This document shows, one piece after another, positions 28,230-37,819 of a DNA stretch of 43,281 bases. The position numbers were made by a program, and so were the translations under genes. This DNA comes from a virus (taxonomy: Duplodnaviria > Caudoviricetes), in IMG/VR virus record IMGVR_UViG_3300049926_000032, positions 1-43,281 of that record. One strand, given 5' to 3'. The notes below the pieces were generated by a model that worked only from the letters and a program-made list of their open reading frames with translations, made no database searches and was not told the origin of the DNA. Position 1 is the stretch's first letter. Every line of letters begins with the position of its first letter.

Positions 28230-28943
28230 ATGGCCTCAGTAATGCAACTGTCCTCGGGGACACCGAACTTCATAGCGCAAGCCTATCTTTTGGCTACCGG
28301 GAAGACTACGGCGCTGACGGCTGGAAGCACGAAATACACCAAGCTACTCAACCTCGCCAACTACTATCAGCTCATTTGGGCCAGTGAGCCAGACGTGGAC
28401 TGGAACAGCCTTCGTAGCAGCTTCAGCCTTGGGAATGTTACCAACACCAACAGCTTCGCTATCCCCACTACGGTAGGTAAAGTCTCCCACCAAGAGGGTG
28501 ACTTTGTACGCATAACCACCGCCACGCAGGAGTATGACTATGACATTGTGCCGATCAATAAGCTCTACGACTCGGGCCAAAAGCTCAACCATTGGGATAA
28601 CGGACGCTGTGCGGTTTCTGGCTCCAACCTCGTATTTGCTCACACCTTCATCAGTACCGATCCGCAGTACGGCGGGGCTATCACACTACCCGGTTTCTCC
28701 ATCCCATCCACGCTCGTAAACCCGACTGACGTTATCGCTGTCACCGACCCAAACTGGCTTTGCCAAATGGCTGCTGCTGAGTATGTACGCACCGACCTCA
28801 CCCGTCAGGCGCAATACCCCAGCCTTATTGCTATGGCGAATGAAACCATGCGAGTAATGAAGCTCCAGAACGAATCACAGATCGAGGAAGTCTACCGGGA
28901 TTGGTCGCCTATGGCTGGCATCAGCAGTGATGCGTGGGAATAG
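28230..28943 (+). CDS. Putative head-tail adaptor
   Basis: Size and position before the nozzle-like gene. Confidence 0.5.
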   Translation: MASVMQLSSGTPNFIAQAYLLATGKTTALTAGSTKYTKLLNLANYYQLIWASEPDVDWNSLRSSFSLGNVTNTNSFAIPTTVGKVSHQEGDFVRITTATQEYDYDIVPINKLYDSGQKLNHWDNGRCAVSGSNLVFAHTFISTDPQYGGAITLPGFSIPSTLVNPTDVIAVTDPNWLCQMAAAEYVRTDLTRQAQYPSLIAMANETMRVMKLQNESQIEEVYRDWSPMAGISSDAWE

Positions 28944-28946
28944 TCG

Positions 28947-30971
28947 ATGCTACCAGTACCTAAGCCTATTGCTACGCCCAAGATTGACCGAGTTTCAGTA
29001 AAGAACTGGCTCAAGGGAACCACCACCGCCCTCGATGATGGCCGCACTCCTGTTGATGGCCTCCGGGCCTCCGGCAACGTCATTCTGGATCAGGATGGGA
29101 CTATTCGCCCTCGCCCTTCGCTGGTGCGCTACGGCACCCAGCCTACCGGGACAATTCTCGGTGAGGTGTACGAGTTCCGCAAAGCTTCATCTACCCCCGG
29201 CGCTGTCGATGAATACTGGCTCATCACCATGCAGCTCGTGGCGGGTGTGGCGAAAATCTATGTGAACAAAGACGGTGGGGCGTGGACAGTCTGCAACGGC
29301 AAGACCTACTCCACCACAGCCTCAGCCCACTTCATGCAGGTGGATAACAAAGTCTTGATTATGAACGGCTCGGACTTCCTGAGCTACCTCGATATCCCCA
29401 CCCTCGTTGTTACCCCCTTTACGGCCCTAGGCACCCAAGGTATCACTAGCGCTGTCGCTACGGGTATTGGTGGGGCCGGGTTCACTTATTACTACCAAGT
29501 CACCGCCAACTCCACGGTGGGTGAGACTGCCGCCTCCGTCTCCACGAGTGTTGCCGTCACTAAATTGCGGGACTTGTGGGTAGCCGCCAGTGAGTATGTG
29601 ACGATTACATGGCCCGCCAACCCATCCGCTACCGCCACTACCACTTACAACGTCTACCTCGCAGTCCAAAACCCTGCCGGGGGAGGCACTGCCACCCTGA
29701 TTGCTGCTGGTGTTCAGGGGCTAACCTTCCGAGACGATGGTACCGCCGCCGCTGACGTTAATACCCCCGCCCCTCTGGGAGACTCCACTGCCGGGCCGAA
29801 GTGTACTCGTGGCTCTGTTATTAACGGCCAAGTCTTCTTGGTGGGTGATAAAGACAACCCTCGCTACATTCGCTACGGCGGTACCGGGAACTCAGTACTC
29901 GACTTCTCACCCTTCAATGGGGGTGGGTGGGTAGAGATTGCCCGTGGTACGAAAGAGATTCCTGTCGCCGTCAAAGCCTTCCGAGACGGACGGGGCAACC
30001 CTCAAATCAACGTGCTTTGCCAAGGCACCAACGGTACGGGGAAGCGCTACCTCATGTCTTCGCAGACCGTCACTGTGGGTACAACCGTCATTGCCTTCTT
30101 CGATATCACCGAGGACAACGGGCAGGATGGAACCGACTCACCCGATGGCGTTATCGTCTACCGTGACTCGATTTGGTACCCATCCCGAGACGGCTTCAAG
30201 ACCACAGGTACCAAGCCCCAGCTCCAGAACATCCTCTCCACCGACACTGTTTCCGAGACGATTCTTAATGATGTGCGTAACCTAAACAGCGCCTACATGA
30301 GCCTGTGCGTGGGGCTGCCCTTCCAAGGCCGCCTGTATTGGGCGCTGGCTAACGGCTCCACTACCAACAACGAGATTTGGATTCTCGACCTCAATCGTGG
30401 CGGGGCGTGGATGAAGCCGTGGAACATTGCGGCTTCATGGATGGCGCTTTACAACGATAACGCCGGGCAGACTCACCACCTGATTCTTAAGAACAACGTG
30501 CTTTATGAGCTGACTTACGCCCAAGCCTCCAACGATGATGGTACAGCTTTCGCCACCAACGCCACCTCCGGCTTGATTAAGTTCAGTGAGGACACTCTTG
30601 AGTGGGCCAAGGTGATCGATATTTCCTTTGTGCTACTTCGCCCGCAAGGAGTTATTAACTTCGCCGTCTCAGGTAAAACCGAGGACTCATCCTTCGCCGG
30701 AGTTGGTACGGGATCGTATGTGGGCGATAGCTCCGTAGCTGGCTGGGGTGAGGCTGGCTGGGGCGGCGCACCGAATAAAATCTTCGGCTGGAGCCACTTC
30801 ACCGTAGTACCTATTTCCTTTGGGGCCGCTCAGCAGCTCGTGACCGTGGAAGTGGATGAGGAACTGAACTACATTGCGTGGGAGCTAGACACCGCCTCAA
30901 TCACCACGGACTACCAACTTGCTGACGTGATTATCCGCAAGATCAACATTGGTGTGAAGGACTTGAGCTAA
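28947..30971 (+). CDS. Putative tail nozzle/hub protein (beta-propeller-like)
   Basis: N-terminal GTT...SGNVILDQDGTIRPRP pattern typical of podoviral tail tubular protein B; beta-rich. Confidence 0.6.
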   Translation: MLPVPKPIATPKIDRVSVKNWLKGTTTALDDGRTPVDGLRASGNVILDQDGTIRPRPSLVRYGTQPTGTILGEVYEFRKASSTPGAVDEYWLITMQLVAGVAKIYVNKDGGAWTVCNGKTYSTTASAHFMQVDNKVLIMNGSDFLSYLDIPTLVVTPFTALGTQGITSAVATGIGGAGFTYYYQVTANSTVGETAASVSTSVAVTKLRDLWVAASEYVTITWPANPSATATTTYNVYLAVQNPAGGGTATLIAAGVQGLTFRDDGTAAADVNTPAPLGDSTAGPKCTRGSVINGQVFLVGDKDNPRYIRYGGTGNSVLDFSPFNGGGWVEIARGTKEIPVAVKAFRDGRGNPQINVLCQGTNGTGKRYLMSSQTVTVGTTVIAFFDITEDNGQDGTDSPDGVIVYRDSIWYPSRDGFKTTGTKPQLQNILSTDTVSETILNDVRNLNSAYMSLCVGLPFQGRLYWALANGSTTNNEIWILDLNRGGAWMKPWNIAASWMALYNDNAGQTHHLILKNNVLYELTYAQASNDDGTAFATNATSGLIKFSEDTLEWAKVIDISFVLLRPQGVINFAVSGKTEDSSFAGVGTGSYVGDSSVAGWGEAGWGGAPNKIFGWSHFTVVPISFGAAQQLVTVEVDEELNYIAWELDTASITTDYQLADVIIRKINIGVKDLS

Positions 30972-31002
30972 TGTATACTACTCGTAAGCATAAGGATAAA
31001 TA

Positions 31003-32802
31003 ATGGCTGCTGGAATCACAGATAAGTTTACTTCGGCCTCAAACGGCACCCGTCCCTCTCCGACAACCCTGACAGCCATTCGATCCATTGGCGCTTCCTC
31101 CATCTCTTGTGGGGCGCTCACGGGCTGGCCGACAGCCACCGCCGTCCACTTCGTCATTTACACCACCGATACCTCCGGCAACAAAGTGGCTGGTTCTCAG
31201 CTCGATTGTAAGGGTATCGTCTCTGGTACCAACATTACTAACATCGTATACAAGGCGGGGAATGACACGGGTAACGCCATTGGCGCTATCGTGGAAGCCG
31301 CTCCGACTGCTGCATGGGCTGATGATATGGTGGCGGGTATCACCGCCCACGCCAACCAAGACGGTTCTCTTATCACCGCCGCCGTTCGTGCCGCCCTTAA
31401 CCTAGATGCTGGTACATCAACCGGGTGGACAGTCCTCGGCTACGCCTTGAGTACAGTCCTCGGGCTAGGCAACCGCTCCTACCAACTGACGTTTAACAGC
31501 AACGACCTAACCACTACCGTTTCCCCCGGTATGCGCCTTCGCTTTACCCGCACCGTGGCCGCCACTACTCAGTGTACGAACCTGAATGGTACTACGCAGT
31601 ATTACTCTAAATCCTCCCCCAACAAGCTGACCTTCACCGACACCTTCACCGTTTCAGCTTGGATAAAAGCCACCTCCTACCAGAACGGCCAGATTCTATC
31701 CCGCCGCACCGCCGCTACGAGCGGATGGGGCTTGGAGATGAGCGGTACAGGTCAGATTCAAGTTCTTGGTCTAAACGCTGGTTCGTACCGTGGGCTTGTC
31801 TCAGTACAGTCGATCCCGCTCAACAAGTGGGTGCATGTAGCTGGCTCATTCACCATGTCTACCAACACAGGTGCAGTCTATATCGATGGGGTGGCCGTTC
31901 CTACAACCGCCGTAACCAGCGGTACCCCCGCCACATTGGTTCAGTCTGGAGACTTGTGCGTGGGAGCCTACACAGGAGGTACCGCCTTCTTCCCCGGCAA
32001 GATTGCTCAAGCCGCTGTTTACTCGGCTGTGCTATCGGCGGCTACTATCCTCGCTTCAATTGACCGCCCTCTCAGTGGATCGGAGACTAGCCTAGCCTCG
32101 GCCTTCAGCTTCAGTAACTCGATTCTCGACCTCAACACCACTACGCCAAACGATTTGACCGCTAACGGCTCAGCAGTCGCCACCAGCACCGACTCGCCCT
32201 TCGGGGGGCAGGCGGATGGTACGATCAGCTCAACTCTTGACTACGCTATCGTTCAAACCGTGACCTTCTCCACCAACACAACCATGATTGTCCAAGTGCC
32301 TGAAGGCTGCACCATCCCGTCTACAGGTGGCGTAAGTGCGGTAAGCTACTCTGCCGTGAAGGTGCCTTTCGGGTTCCCCTCACAAAGAACCAAGTGGGAT
32401 GTTCTATGGTGGTGTGTCTCTGAAATATCGGGTACTACCAGCGCCTCGCCTAGCGTCTATAGCAACTGGACAAACGCCAACTTCAAGATACCTGTTGGTG
32501 AATGGGACTTGGGCTTTGTTGCCAACATCGAGGCTCAAACTGCCGCCGCCGCTTTGACCACTGATGTTGGGTTGGGTACCACCAACGCCAGTGTAGTTGC
32601 CGGGCTTACCGAGGCTACTTGGGGAGACAACACCAGCGTCACCTTCCGAGCGAAGACGTGGCAGGCACTTGACTCCATTTCACTCGCCGCCGCTACGGTT
32701 TACTACTTGAACATGATGGTTGAGGGTGGGGCTTCCAAGACCGCCATTATCCACGGCTCTCGCCAAGCCGCTAGGATGTTCGCTCGAAACGCATACCTGT
32801 AA
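31003..32802 (+). CDS. Tail fibre/receptor-binding protein with LamG/concanavalin-like domain
   Basis: FTVSAWIK...LNKWVHVAG...VYIDG...FPGKIAQAAVYSAVLS. Confidence 0.85.
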   Translation: MAAGITDKFTSASNGTRPSPTTLTAIRSIGASSISCGALTGWPTATAVHFVIYTTDTSGNKVAGSQLDCKGIVSGTNITNIVYKAGNDTGNAIGAIVEAAPTAAWADDMVAGITAHANQDGSLITAAVRAALNLDAGTSTGWTVLGYALSTVLGLGNRSYQLTFNSNDLTTTVSPGMRLRFTRTVAATTQCTNLNGTTQYYSKSSPNKLTFTDTFTVSAWIKATSYQNGQILSRRTAATSGWGLEMSGTGQIQVLGLNAGSYRGLVSVQSIPLNKWVHVAGSFTMSTNTGAVYIDGVAVPTTAVTSGTPATLVQSGDLCVGAYTGGTAFFPGKIAQAAVYSAVLSAATILASIDRPLSGSETSLASAFSFSNSILDLNTTTPNDLTANGSAVATSTDSPFGGQADGTISSTLDYAIVQTVTFSTNTTMIVQVPEGCTIPSTGGVSAVSYSAVKVPFGFPSQRTKWDVLWWCVSEISGTTSASPSVYSNWTNANFKIPVGEWDLGFVANIEAQTAAAALTTDVGLGTTNASVVAGLTEATWGDNTSVTFRAKTWQALDSISLAAATVYYLNMMVEGGASKTAIIHGSRQAARMFARNAYL

Positions 32803-32838
32803 CCACTTATGCTAGAATAAGGCCAATAAGGAACCATT

Positions 32839-34065
32839 ATGGCAATCTCGATTCCCGAAAGTATAGCGCACGATATTAGACAGCCTATTTTGGGTGACTC
32901 TTTCGGTTGGTCTGGCCTAGAACCTGCCGCCGCTAAGAAGTCCATTGTCATTCATGGTACGGGTTCCGAAGCTCCCCTTGAGGACGGCTTTACCATGGCC
33001 GACTATCACGTTAATCACAATGGCTGGGGCGGAATCGGTGTTCACTTCGTAGTGACTGAGGACGGCTACCCCGGCAAACCACAGTTCGGCCTCCCCGCAG
33101 GCGCTCACGCTCAGTATGTGGGTGATTTGCTGACGTGGCGGGCAGGAACCCTGAACCAAAATAACGGGCGTGTTCACATCGAGATTAGTGGGTTGATGGA
33201 GAACCACCCGCCCACAGCCGCTCAGCTCCGGGCAACTCGTGCAATCATCGACTTTCTACTAGCGCCTAATAACATCCTGCCCTCACTGAATTACTACAGC
33301 CAAGTCACTTACCACAACGCCGTTCCGGGCCAGAACACCGCTTGCCCCGGCTGGAGACACCCATCGTTTGCTCAGTGGTTTGCTTACCTACAGGGCGGGG
33401 CTTTCCCTGATGCACTGTTTGCACCTCCCGCTCCGGCCCCCGAGCCAACTCCCGTGATCCCAGACACGCCCGTTATACCTGACCCACCAGTACCCACTCC
33501 CGGTACGGTTATCCAGCCTACCCCCGAGACACCTGAAGCGTCTGACCTCACTCCGGGCAAGGGGGGTGGGACAGAGATTCCCGTAAACGTAGTGAAGGAA
33601 TACCAAGCTACTTACCGAGTACAAGCCGGGCAGAAAACTATCAACCGCTCCGATGCGGTAGCAGTAAATGTCCCCGAACTTACGCCCATTGAGAACTCTC
33701 GGGCAAGACTTGTAATAGGAGGTGTCGTAGACGTGGCGGGGTACTTCGACTTCCAAGGCCGCACTTACGCCCGAACTGTTTACTCCGAACTCCATGGACT
33801 GTGGAACGGTGTCGATACCATCTTCTTCGACCACCCTACAGGTCAGCTTAGCGGCCCTATCGCCGTGAACACCCCGGAAGTAGCGCACCCGGCCCCCGAC
33901 CCCATTGTTCTGCCTGACCCGACAGCCGTTGCCCCTAACGTCTCGGATCAGCAGATGCAAGAGGCCATGGTACCAGCAGGGCCAAAGCCGACTGTATGGC
34001 AGAAGTGGGGTGAGTTTATCGCCGCCGTTATCGCACTATTTATTAAAAAGAGAGGTTCAAAGTAA
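32839..34065 (+). CDS. Endolysin, N-acetylmuramoyl-L-alanine amidase (Amidase_2/PGRP-like) with Pro-rich linkers
   Basis: IVIHGT, GIGVHF, IEISG, YHN...TACPG zinc-ligand pattern. Confidence 0.85.
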   Translation: MAISIPESIAHDIRQPILGDSFGWSGLEPAAAKKSIVIHGTGSEAPLEDGFTMADYHVNHNGWGGIGVHFVVTEDGYPGKPQFGLPAGAHAQYVGDLLTWRAGTLNQNNGRVHIEISGLMENHPPTAAQLRATRAIIDFLLAPNNILPSLNYYSQVTYHNAVPGQNTACPGWRHPSFAQWFAYLQGGAFPDALFAPPAPAPEPTPVIPDTPVIPDPPVPTPGTVIQPTPETPEASDLTPGKGGGTEIPVNVVKEYQATYRVQAGQKTINRSDAVAVNVPELTPIENSRARLVIGGVVDVAGYFDFQGRTYARTVYSELHGLWNGVDTIFFDHPTGQLSGPIAVNTPEVAHPAPDPIVLPDPTAVAPNVSDQQMQEAMVPAGPKPTVWQKWGEFIAAVIALFIKKRGSK

Positions 34066-34526
34066 TGTCAGCTCTACTCGCAGTCGCAACCGCTGTGACC
34101 GCTACGCCCCTGCCTAGCCCGTCCGTTTCACCCGAAGTTATCATTAAGACCGTTCAGGTAGTGCCGGAGTGGTACAACCAACTGGCCGTGGTACTGAAGC
34201 AAGGTGCCGAGCTTGGCTTGCTGGTGATCCCCGGTGTAGTCGCCTCGAAGCTCCATGACTTCGCCAACCCGAAGCTCGGTAATTGGGGCAACGCTCTGTT
34301 GCTATTTGGCTACTCAACCGTGTTGGGTCTGCTTGGCCTAGTCGCCATGGGTACACTCGACCTGACCACTGTGGATTGGAAGAATCCTGAAGTAGTCGGT
34401 GGAGCCGTCCTGACCGTTCTCGGAGCCGCTAGCGCCCGCTACGCTGCATACAAGGCCCGGACTCAGGACAAGGCTCCGGCTGCTGCCGTAGCACCTGCAC
34501 AGCCCGTTACAGGTGCCGACTTCTAG
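34065..34526 (+). CDS. Holin-like membrane protein
   Basis: Multiple TM helices; coupled to the endolysin. Confidence 0.6.
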   Translation: MSALLAVATAVTATPLPSPSVSPEVIIKTVQVVPEWYNQLAVVLKQGAELGLLVIPGVVASKLHDFANPKLGNWGNALLLFGYSTVLGLLGLVAMGTLDLTTVDWKNPEVVGGAVLTVLGAASARYAAYKARTQDKAPAAAVAPAQPVTGADF

Positions 34527-34553
34527 GCTATACTAGAGACGGGAAATGTCCTC

Positions 34554-34585
34554 AAAAAAGCCCACCAGCAACGGTGGGCTTTTTC
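34554..34585. terminator. Bidirectional terminator between convergent late and leftward operons
   Basis: AAAAAAGCCCACC-AGCAAC-GGTGGGCTTTTT. Confidence 0.85.
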
Positions 34586-34600
34586 TGTGAAAACTCGGGC

Positions 34601-35335
34601 TTAGAAGAATCTGACGATATCGACTGACTTCTTCCAGTTGTAGGCCCGCTCAAGCTCACGCAAGCTGTCCATGGTGGTAGGCTGACGGTGGAGTTCAGCG
34701 GCCTCGATGCCAGCAAGCATACGCTTGTGATCGTAGTTCTCGACAGTGCGGAGTACCCGCAAGAAGGCCGAGGCGAACGAGTCATAGTACCAGAATGGTA
34801 CGGGCAAGCTACTCAGTTTTTCAAGACGGTCTTCCACTTCCTTATCAGAGAGAAGCTTGATCTGGCCGAGACGGGCGGCCTGCTTGAATGACTTCTTGTT
34901 GTAGCTCTCGACAGCGTAGGCCAGAACGACACTCGGCCCAATGGGGGAGTAATCATCCAACCACCGCTCGATCTTCTGGTATTCAGGGCGGCCACTACCA
35001 GAGTAGGAGTGGATGAAGTCGATGAGCCGCCACGAACGCTGGAGGGCGTTCATAAGCTGGGCTGTGGCGATATCGAGCTTCGGTACTACTTGGTAGGGTA
35101 CGGCAATCTTGAGGAACTTGGCGGCCTCAAGACGGTGTTGGCCGTCCACTACTTCCATCTGATCGTTGACGAGGATGGGGCGTAGCTCGATCAGCTCAGG
35201 GTGTTCACGGAAGCTTGTGACAAGCTCCTGAACGTGGGTGCGAAAGATCGGGCGGTTGTCGTGCAGCATTTTAAACTGCTTATAGTCGGTAGTGTGTTGG
35301 GTAGCCGGAGTAGTTATAGTCTTATCAGCAAACAT
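34601..35335 (-). CDS. ParB/Srx-like N-terminal domain protein
   Basis: TTDYKQFK...NRPI...PILVN...VVDGQHRLEAA. Confidence 0.85.
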   Translation of the reverse strand: MFADKTITTPATQHTTDYKQFKMLHDNRPIFRTHVQELVTSFREHPELIELRPILVNDQMEVVDGQHRLEAAKFLKIAVPYQVVPKLDIATAQLMNALQRSWRLIDFIHSYSGSGRPEYQKIERWLDDYSPIGPSVVLAYAVESYNKKSFKQAARLGQIKLLSDKEVEDRLEKLSSLPVPFWYYDSFASAFLRVLRTVENYDHKRMLAGIEAAELHRQPTTMDSLRELERAYNWKKSVDIVRFF

Positions 35336-35341
35336 CTTTTT

Positions 35342-35872
35342 TTATAGAGTCCTTTCGATGATTATGTGTTGTCCGTGTACGACCACAGAGAACTTCTTAT
35401 TGTCTTTAAACCATGTCCTGATCCGACTTCTAGCAGAGTCAGGGTCTAATTCTTTCGAGTCAAAGATACCTGCTTCGCCAACATTGATACGATCCAAGTA
35501 GCCGAGTAATTCCGCATACTTAGTCGGGGCGGTTGGTGTTTCAAGTAATCTCTTTAACTCCTCTGGTGAAAGTGTACGAGCCTTTACCGTATCGTCTCCA
35601 ACTCGCAAAGGGACGGGTTCTTTGTCCATGCCCGGTATTTCAACAGTGGCAAAGTTGAACGGGTAGTAGTGAGACTGACCACCTTCTTGCACTGTCTTTA
35701 TACGCATCATGGTACGAAGTTTCGCAATGCGGTTATAGACGGTTGCGATAGGTAGTGTGGAGAGTTCAGATAACTCTTGAGCGGTTATACCCGGCTGAGC
35801 CGAGATAGCAATTGCGATATCCTCTACCGTCACATTCGGGTAGCGATTACGCTTTGAGTTTTCGGGGTTCAT
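35342..35872 (-). CDS. Winged-helix DNA-binding protein
   Basis: PGITAQELSELSTLPIATVYNRIAKL. Confidence 0.7.
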   Translation of the reverse strand: MNPENSKRNRYPNVTVEDIAIAISAQPGITAQELSELSTLPIATVYNRIAKLRTMMRIKTVQEGGQSHYYPFNFATVEIPGMDKEPVPLRVGDDTVKARTLSPEELKRLLETPTAPTKYAELLGYLDRINVGEAGIFDSKELDPDSARSRIRTWFKDNKKFSVVVHGQHIIIERTL

Positions 35873-35876
35873 TTAT

Positions 35877-36068
35877 CTATCTACCTTTTCCGGGGGGGGC
35901 GATTACCTGTAGAAACTCTACCCCCGTGAGATTCGCCAAGGTTTCGATCTGACCCTGAGTAATCGTCTTCTTGTTAGTGAGCTGGTACCACAAACTCGCC
36001 TGCTTTTCGTCAGCGAGGTAGATCAGCTCATTCCCATAGACACTCTTGATGTAGTATTTAATTGTCAT
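35877..36068 (-). CDS. Hypothetical phage protein
   Basis: KSVYGNELIY...LTNKKT; AAGGA SD. Confidence 0.65.
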   Translation of the reverse strand: MTIKYYIKSVYGNELIYLADEKQASLWYQLTNKKTITQGQIETLANLTGVEFLQVIAPPGKGR

Positions 36069-36130
36069 TCCTTGTCCCTGTTAATTGACATTGGTAACGA
36101 CAAGAACACTAACACACCATTCCTCTTATG

Positions 36131-36526
36131 TCAAGAGGTCGTGACCGTAAGCTTAATCCCACGGGGCTTTTCCCGGTCATAAGTGAAGGTACGGGTAATG
36201 TGGTCGATACTATCATCCACGATCACCACGCCTTTTAAACCGTCTTGCAACGGCTTGAGAGAGGCTTCTATATTGTCGGCATCATGTACCCGTTTATCGC
36301 CTACAGAGATGTGATAGTGGAGATGAGCATGTTCAGCAGGAGCGCCTTTATAAGCGTTTCGAGCAAGTATCCACGCCAGTTGCTTCCACTCTTGGCTGGT
36401 GGCGTATGTCTTACTCCAATGCTGACCTCGGGTGCGGTTAGGATTTGGGGGTAGACCTTCAAACCAAAGCTCAGCCAATACTATCGACTTTATTGACGTG
36501 TCCAAGCCTACACTCGATGCAGCCAA
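36131..36526 (-). CDS. rusA: RusA-like Holliday junction resolvase
   Basis: PPNPN...DADN...KPLQDGL...IVDDS catalytic pattern; start uncertain. Confidence 0.8.
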   Translation of the reverse strand: MAASSVGLDTSIKSIVLAELWFEGLPPNPNRTRGQHWSKTYATSQEWKQLAWILARNAYKGAPAEHAHLHYHISVGDKRVHDADNIEASLKPLQDGLKGVVIVDDSIDHITRTFTYDREKPRGIKLTVTTS

Positions 36527-36674
36527 ATGACTTCCCCCCGTGTTCTTCCAAATAGTGTAGCAGGGTGGGCCAATCTTTAACTTGCATCAGAAACCATGTG
36601 ACGGCCTTGCCCGCAATCGCCGCCGCCATCGCTTTAAAGAAGACTCCAAGGATGAAGGCTATGAGTTCATTCAT
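36471..36674 (-). CDS. Small membrane protein with HxxH/CxxC
   Basis: TGC-CATAAT-6nt-ATG leaderless promoter. Confidence 0.55.
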   Translation of the reverse strand: MNELIAFILGVFFKAMAAAIAGKAVTWFLMQVKDWPTLLHYLEEHGGKSFGCIECRLGHVNKVDSIG

Positions 36675-36681
36675 ACGATTA

Positions 36682-36987
36682 TTATGGCATAAACTGCTTG
36701 CGCTTGTCTCTTTTGACCCACCACGGGTGGCCGAAGTGCCACACGCCCGGCTCATCCGGCTTGGCCGCCTTTAGGCACCTGTACACCTGCATGTTAGGGT
36801 CTTCTTCCTGCTCGGCTAGCCAGTCACGGGCTTTGGTTGCCTGACGCTTGGATGGGTAGCAAACCTTATGATCTGCCGGGCATGTCGGGAGGGGTTCGCA
36901 TATGACCGCCTCCTCCTTCCACCGTAGCCATTGCCATATTTGTAAGCGTCCATGGTGGGTAGTGTCAGTAGTGCTTAGCATAAGCAC
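36682..36987 (-). CDS. Hypothetical Cys/His protein (start probably internal)
   Basis: CP..KVCY...YRC...WH pattern. Confidence 0.55.
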   Translation of the reverse strand: MLMLSTTDTTHHGRLQIWQWLRWKEEAVICEPLPTCPADHKVCYPSKRQATKARDWLAEQEEDPNMQVYRCLKAAKPDEPGVWHFGHPWWVKRDKRKQFMP

Positions 36988-37003
36988 ATTTTAATATAAT
37001 TGC

Positions 37004-37079
37004 TGGCTCCAATGACAGGGATCGAACCTGTGACCGTCTCCTTAACAGGGAGTTGCTGCTACCGCTGAGCTACATTGGA
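37004..37079 (-). tRNA. tRNA-Asn(GTT)
   Basis: Cloverleaf; loop CT-GTT-AA; encoded CCA. Confidence 0.93.
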
Positions 37080-37082
37080 TTA

Positions 37083-37168
37083 TGGTGATGTGCCTAAGAA
37101 TCGAACTTAGCGGGGCCGAAGCCTACGGGGTTACAGCCCGCACCCTCTCCATAGGGGTCTATCACACC
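37083..37168 (-). tRNA. tRNA-Tyr(GTA)
   Basis: Long variable arm; CT-GTA-AC; CCA. Confidence 0.92.
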
Positions 37169-37172
37169 ATAT

Positions 37173-37259
37173 TGGTACCCGACACAAGATTTGCACTTGC
37201 ACTCCCCGAGGGGAACCCGCTCTTGAGGCGGGCGTGTCTGCTAATTTCACCAATCGGGC
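37173..37259 (-). tRNA. tRNA-Leu(CAA)
   Basis: Long variable arm; CT-CAA-GA; T-loop TGCAAAT. Confidence 0.9.
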
Positions 37260-37260
37260 T

Positions 37261-37337
37261 TGGTACTCCGTGGGAGGATCGAACTCCCGTCTGCCGGGGT
37301 GAAAACCCGGTATCCTAGGCCACTAGACGAACGGAGC
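37261..37337 (-). tRNA. tRNA-Glu(TTC)
   Basis: CCGGG-TTTTCAC-CCCGG. Confidence 0.93.
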
Positions 37338-37342
37338 ATATT

Positions 37343-37417
37343 TGGTAGCTCGTGCGGGTTTCGATCCCGCTACTCCACCTTGAGAAAGTGGCGACTTAGC
37401 CAGTTGTCGAACGAGCC
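37343..37417 (-). tRNA. tRNA-Glu(CTC)
   Basis: CCACT-TTCTCAA-GGTGG. Confidence 0.9.
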
Positions 37418-37460
37418 ATATATATAGAACGTATATACAACCTCTATAGGGTATATATAT

Positions 37461-37535
37461 TGGGGCGAGATATGGGGGTCGAACCCATGATAACTCCGTC
37501 ACAGGGAGCCGTGTTGCCTCTACACTAATCCGGCC
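37461..37535 (-). tRNA. tRNA-His(GTG)
   Basis: CT-GTG-AC; G-1 and C73. Confidence 0.9.
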
Positions 37536-37575
37536 ATGAACCCGCTTGTTTCAGTGGCACAAACGGTAAAGCCCA

Positions 37576-37644
37576 TGGTACCCCCAGAAGGAGTTGAACC
37601 TTCGCTTTCAGGCTTAGAACACCTTCGCCTTCCCAAGTAGGGGC
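37576..37644 (-). tRNA. tRNA-Arg(TCT), 69 nt with truncated D-arm
   Basis: 7-bp acceptor stem; intact T-arm; AGGT-GTTCTAA-GCCT. Confidence 0.7.
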
Positions 37645-37649
37645 TAAAT

Positions 37650-37736
37650 TGGTAGGGATAGCAGGGGTCGAACCCGCATGAGAATTACCTCGGCTGCTTC
37701 TAAGGCAGGTGTGTCTTCCAATTCCACCATATCCCC
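37650..37736 (-). tRNA. tRNA-Leu(TAG)
   Basis: Long variable arm; CT-TAG-AA. Confidence 0.92.
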
Positions 37737-37740
37737 ATAT

Positions 37741-37814
37741 TGGAGGTTCGTACTGGAGTTGAACCAGTGTATGCGGGTTTGCAATCCGCCGCATGGCCGC
37801 TTTGCTAACGAACC
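37741..37814 (-). tRNA. tRNA-Cys(GCA)
   Basis: TT-GCA-AA; U73. Confidence 0.92.
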
Positions 37815-37819
37815 TTATT

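Noticed and set aside
16056-34356. Antisense and alternate-frame ORFs within the structural module
   Set aside because: They are shadows of long, coupled plus-strand genes.
37576-37644. Amber suppressor tRNA (CTA anticodon) reading
   Set aside because: Centring the loop on CTA destroys the stem; AGGT/GCCT pairing centres TCT. Genes end normally at TAG, so there is no sign of recoding.
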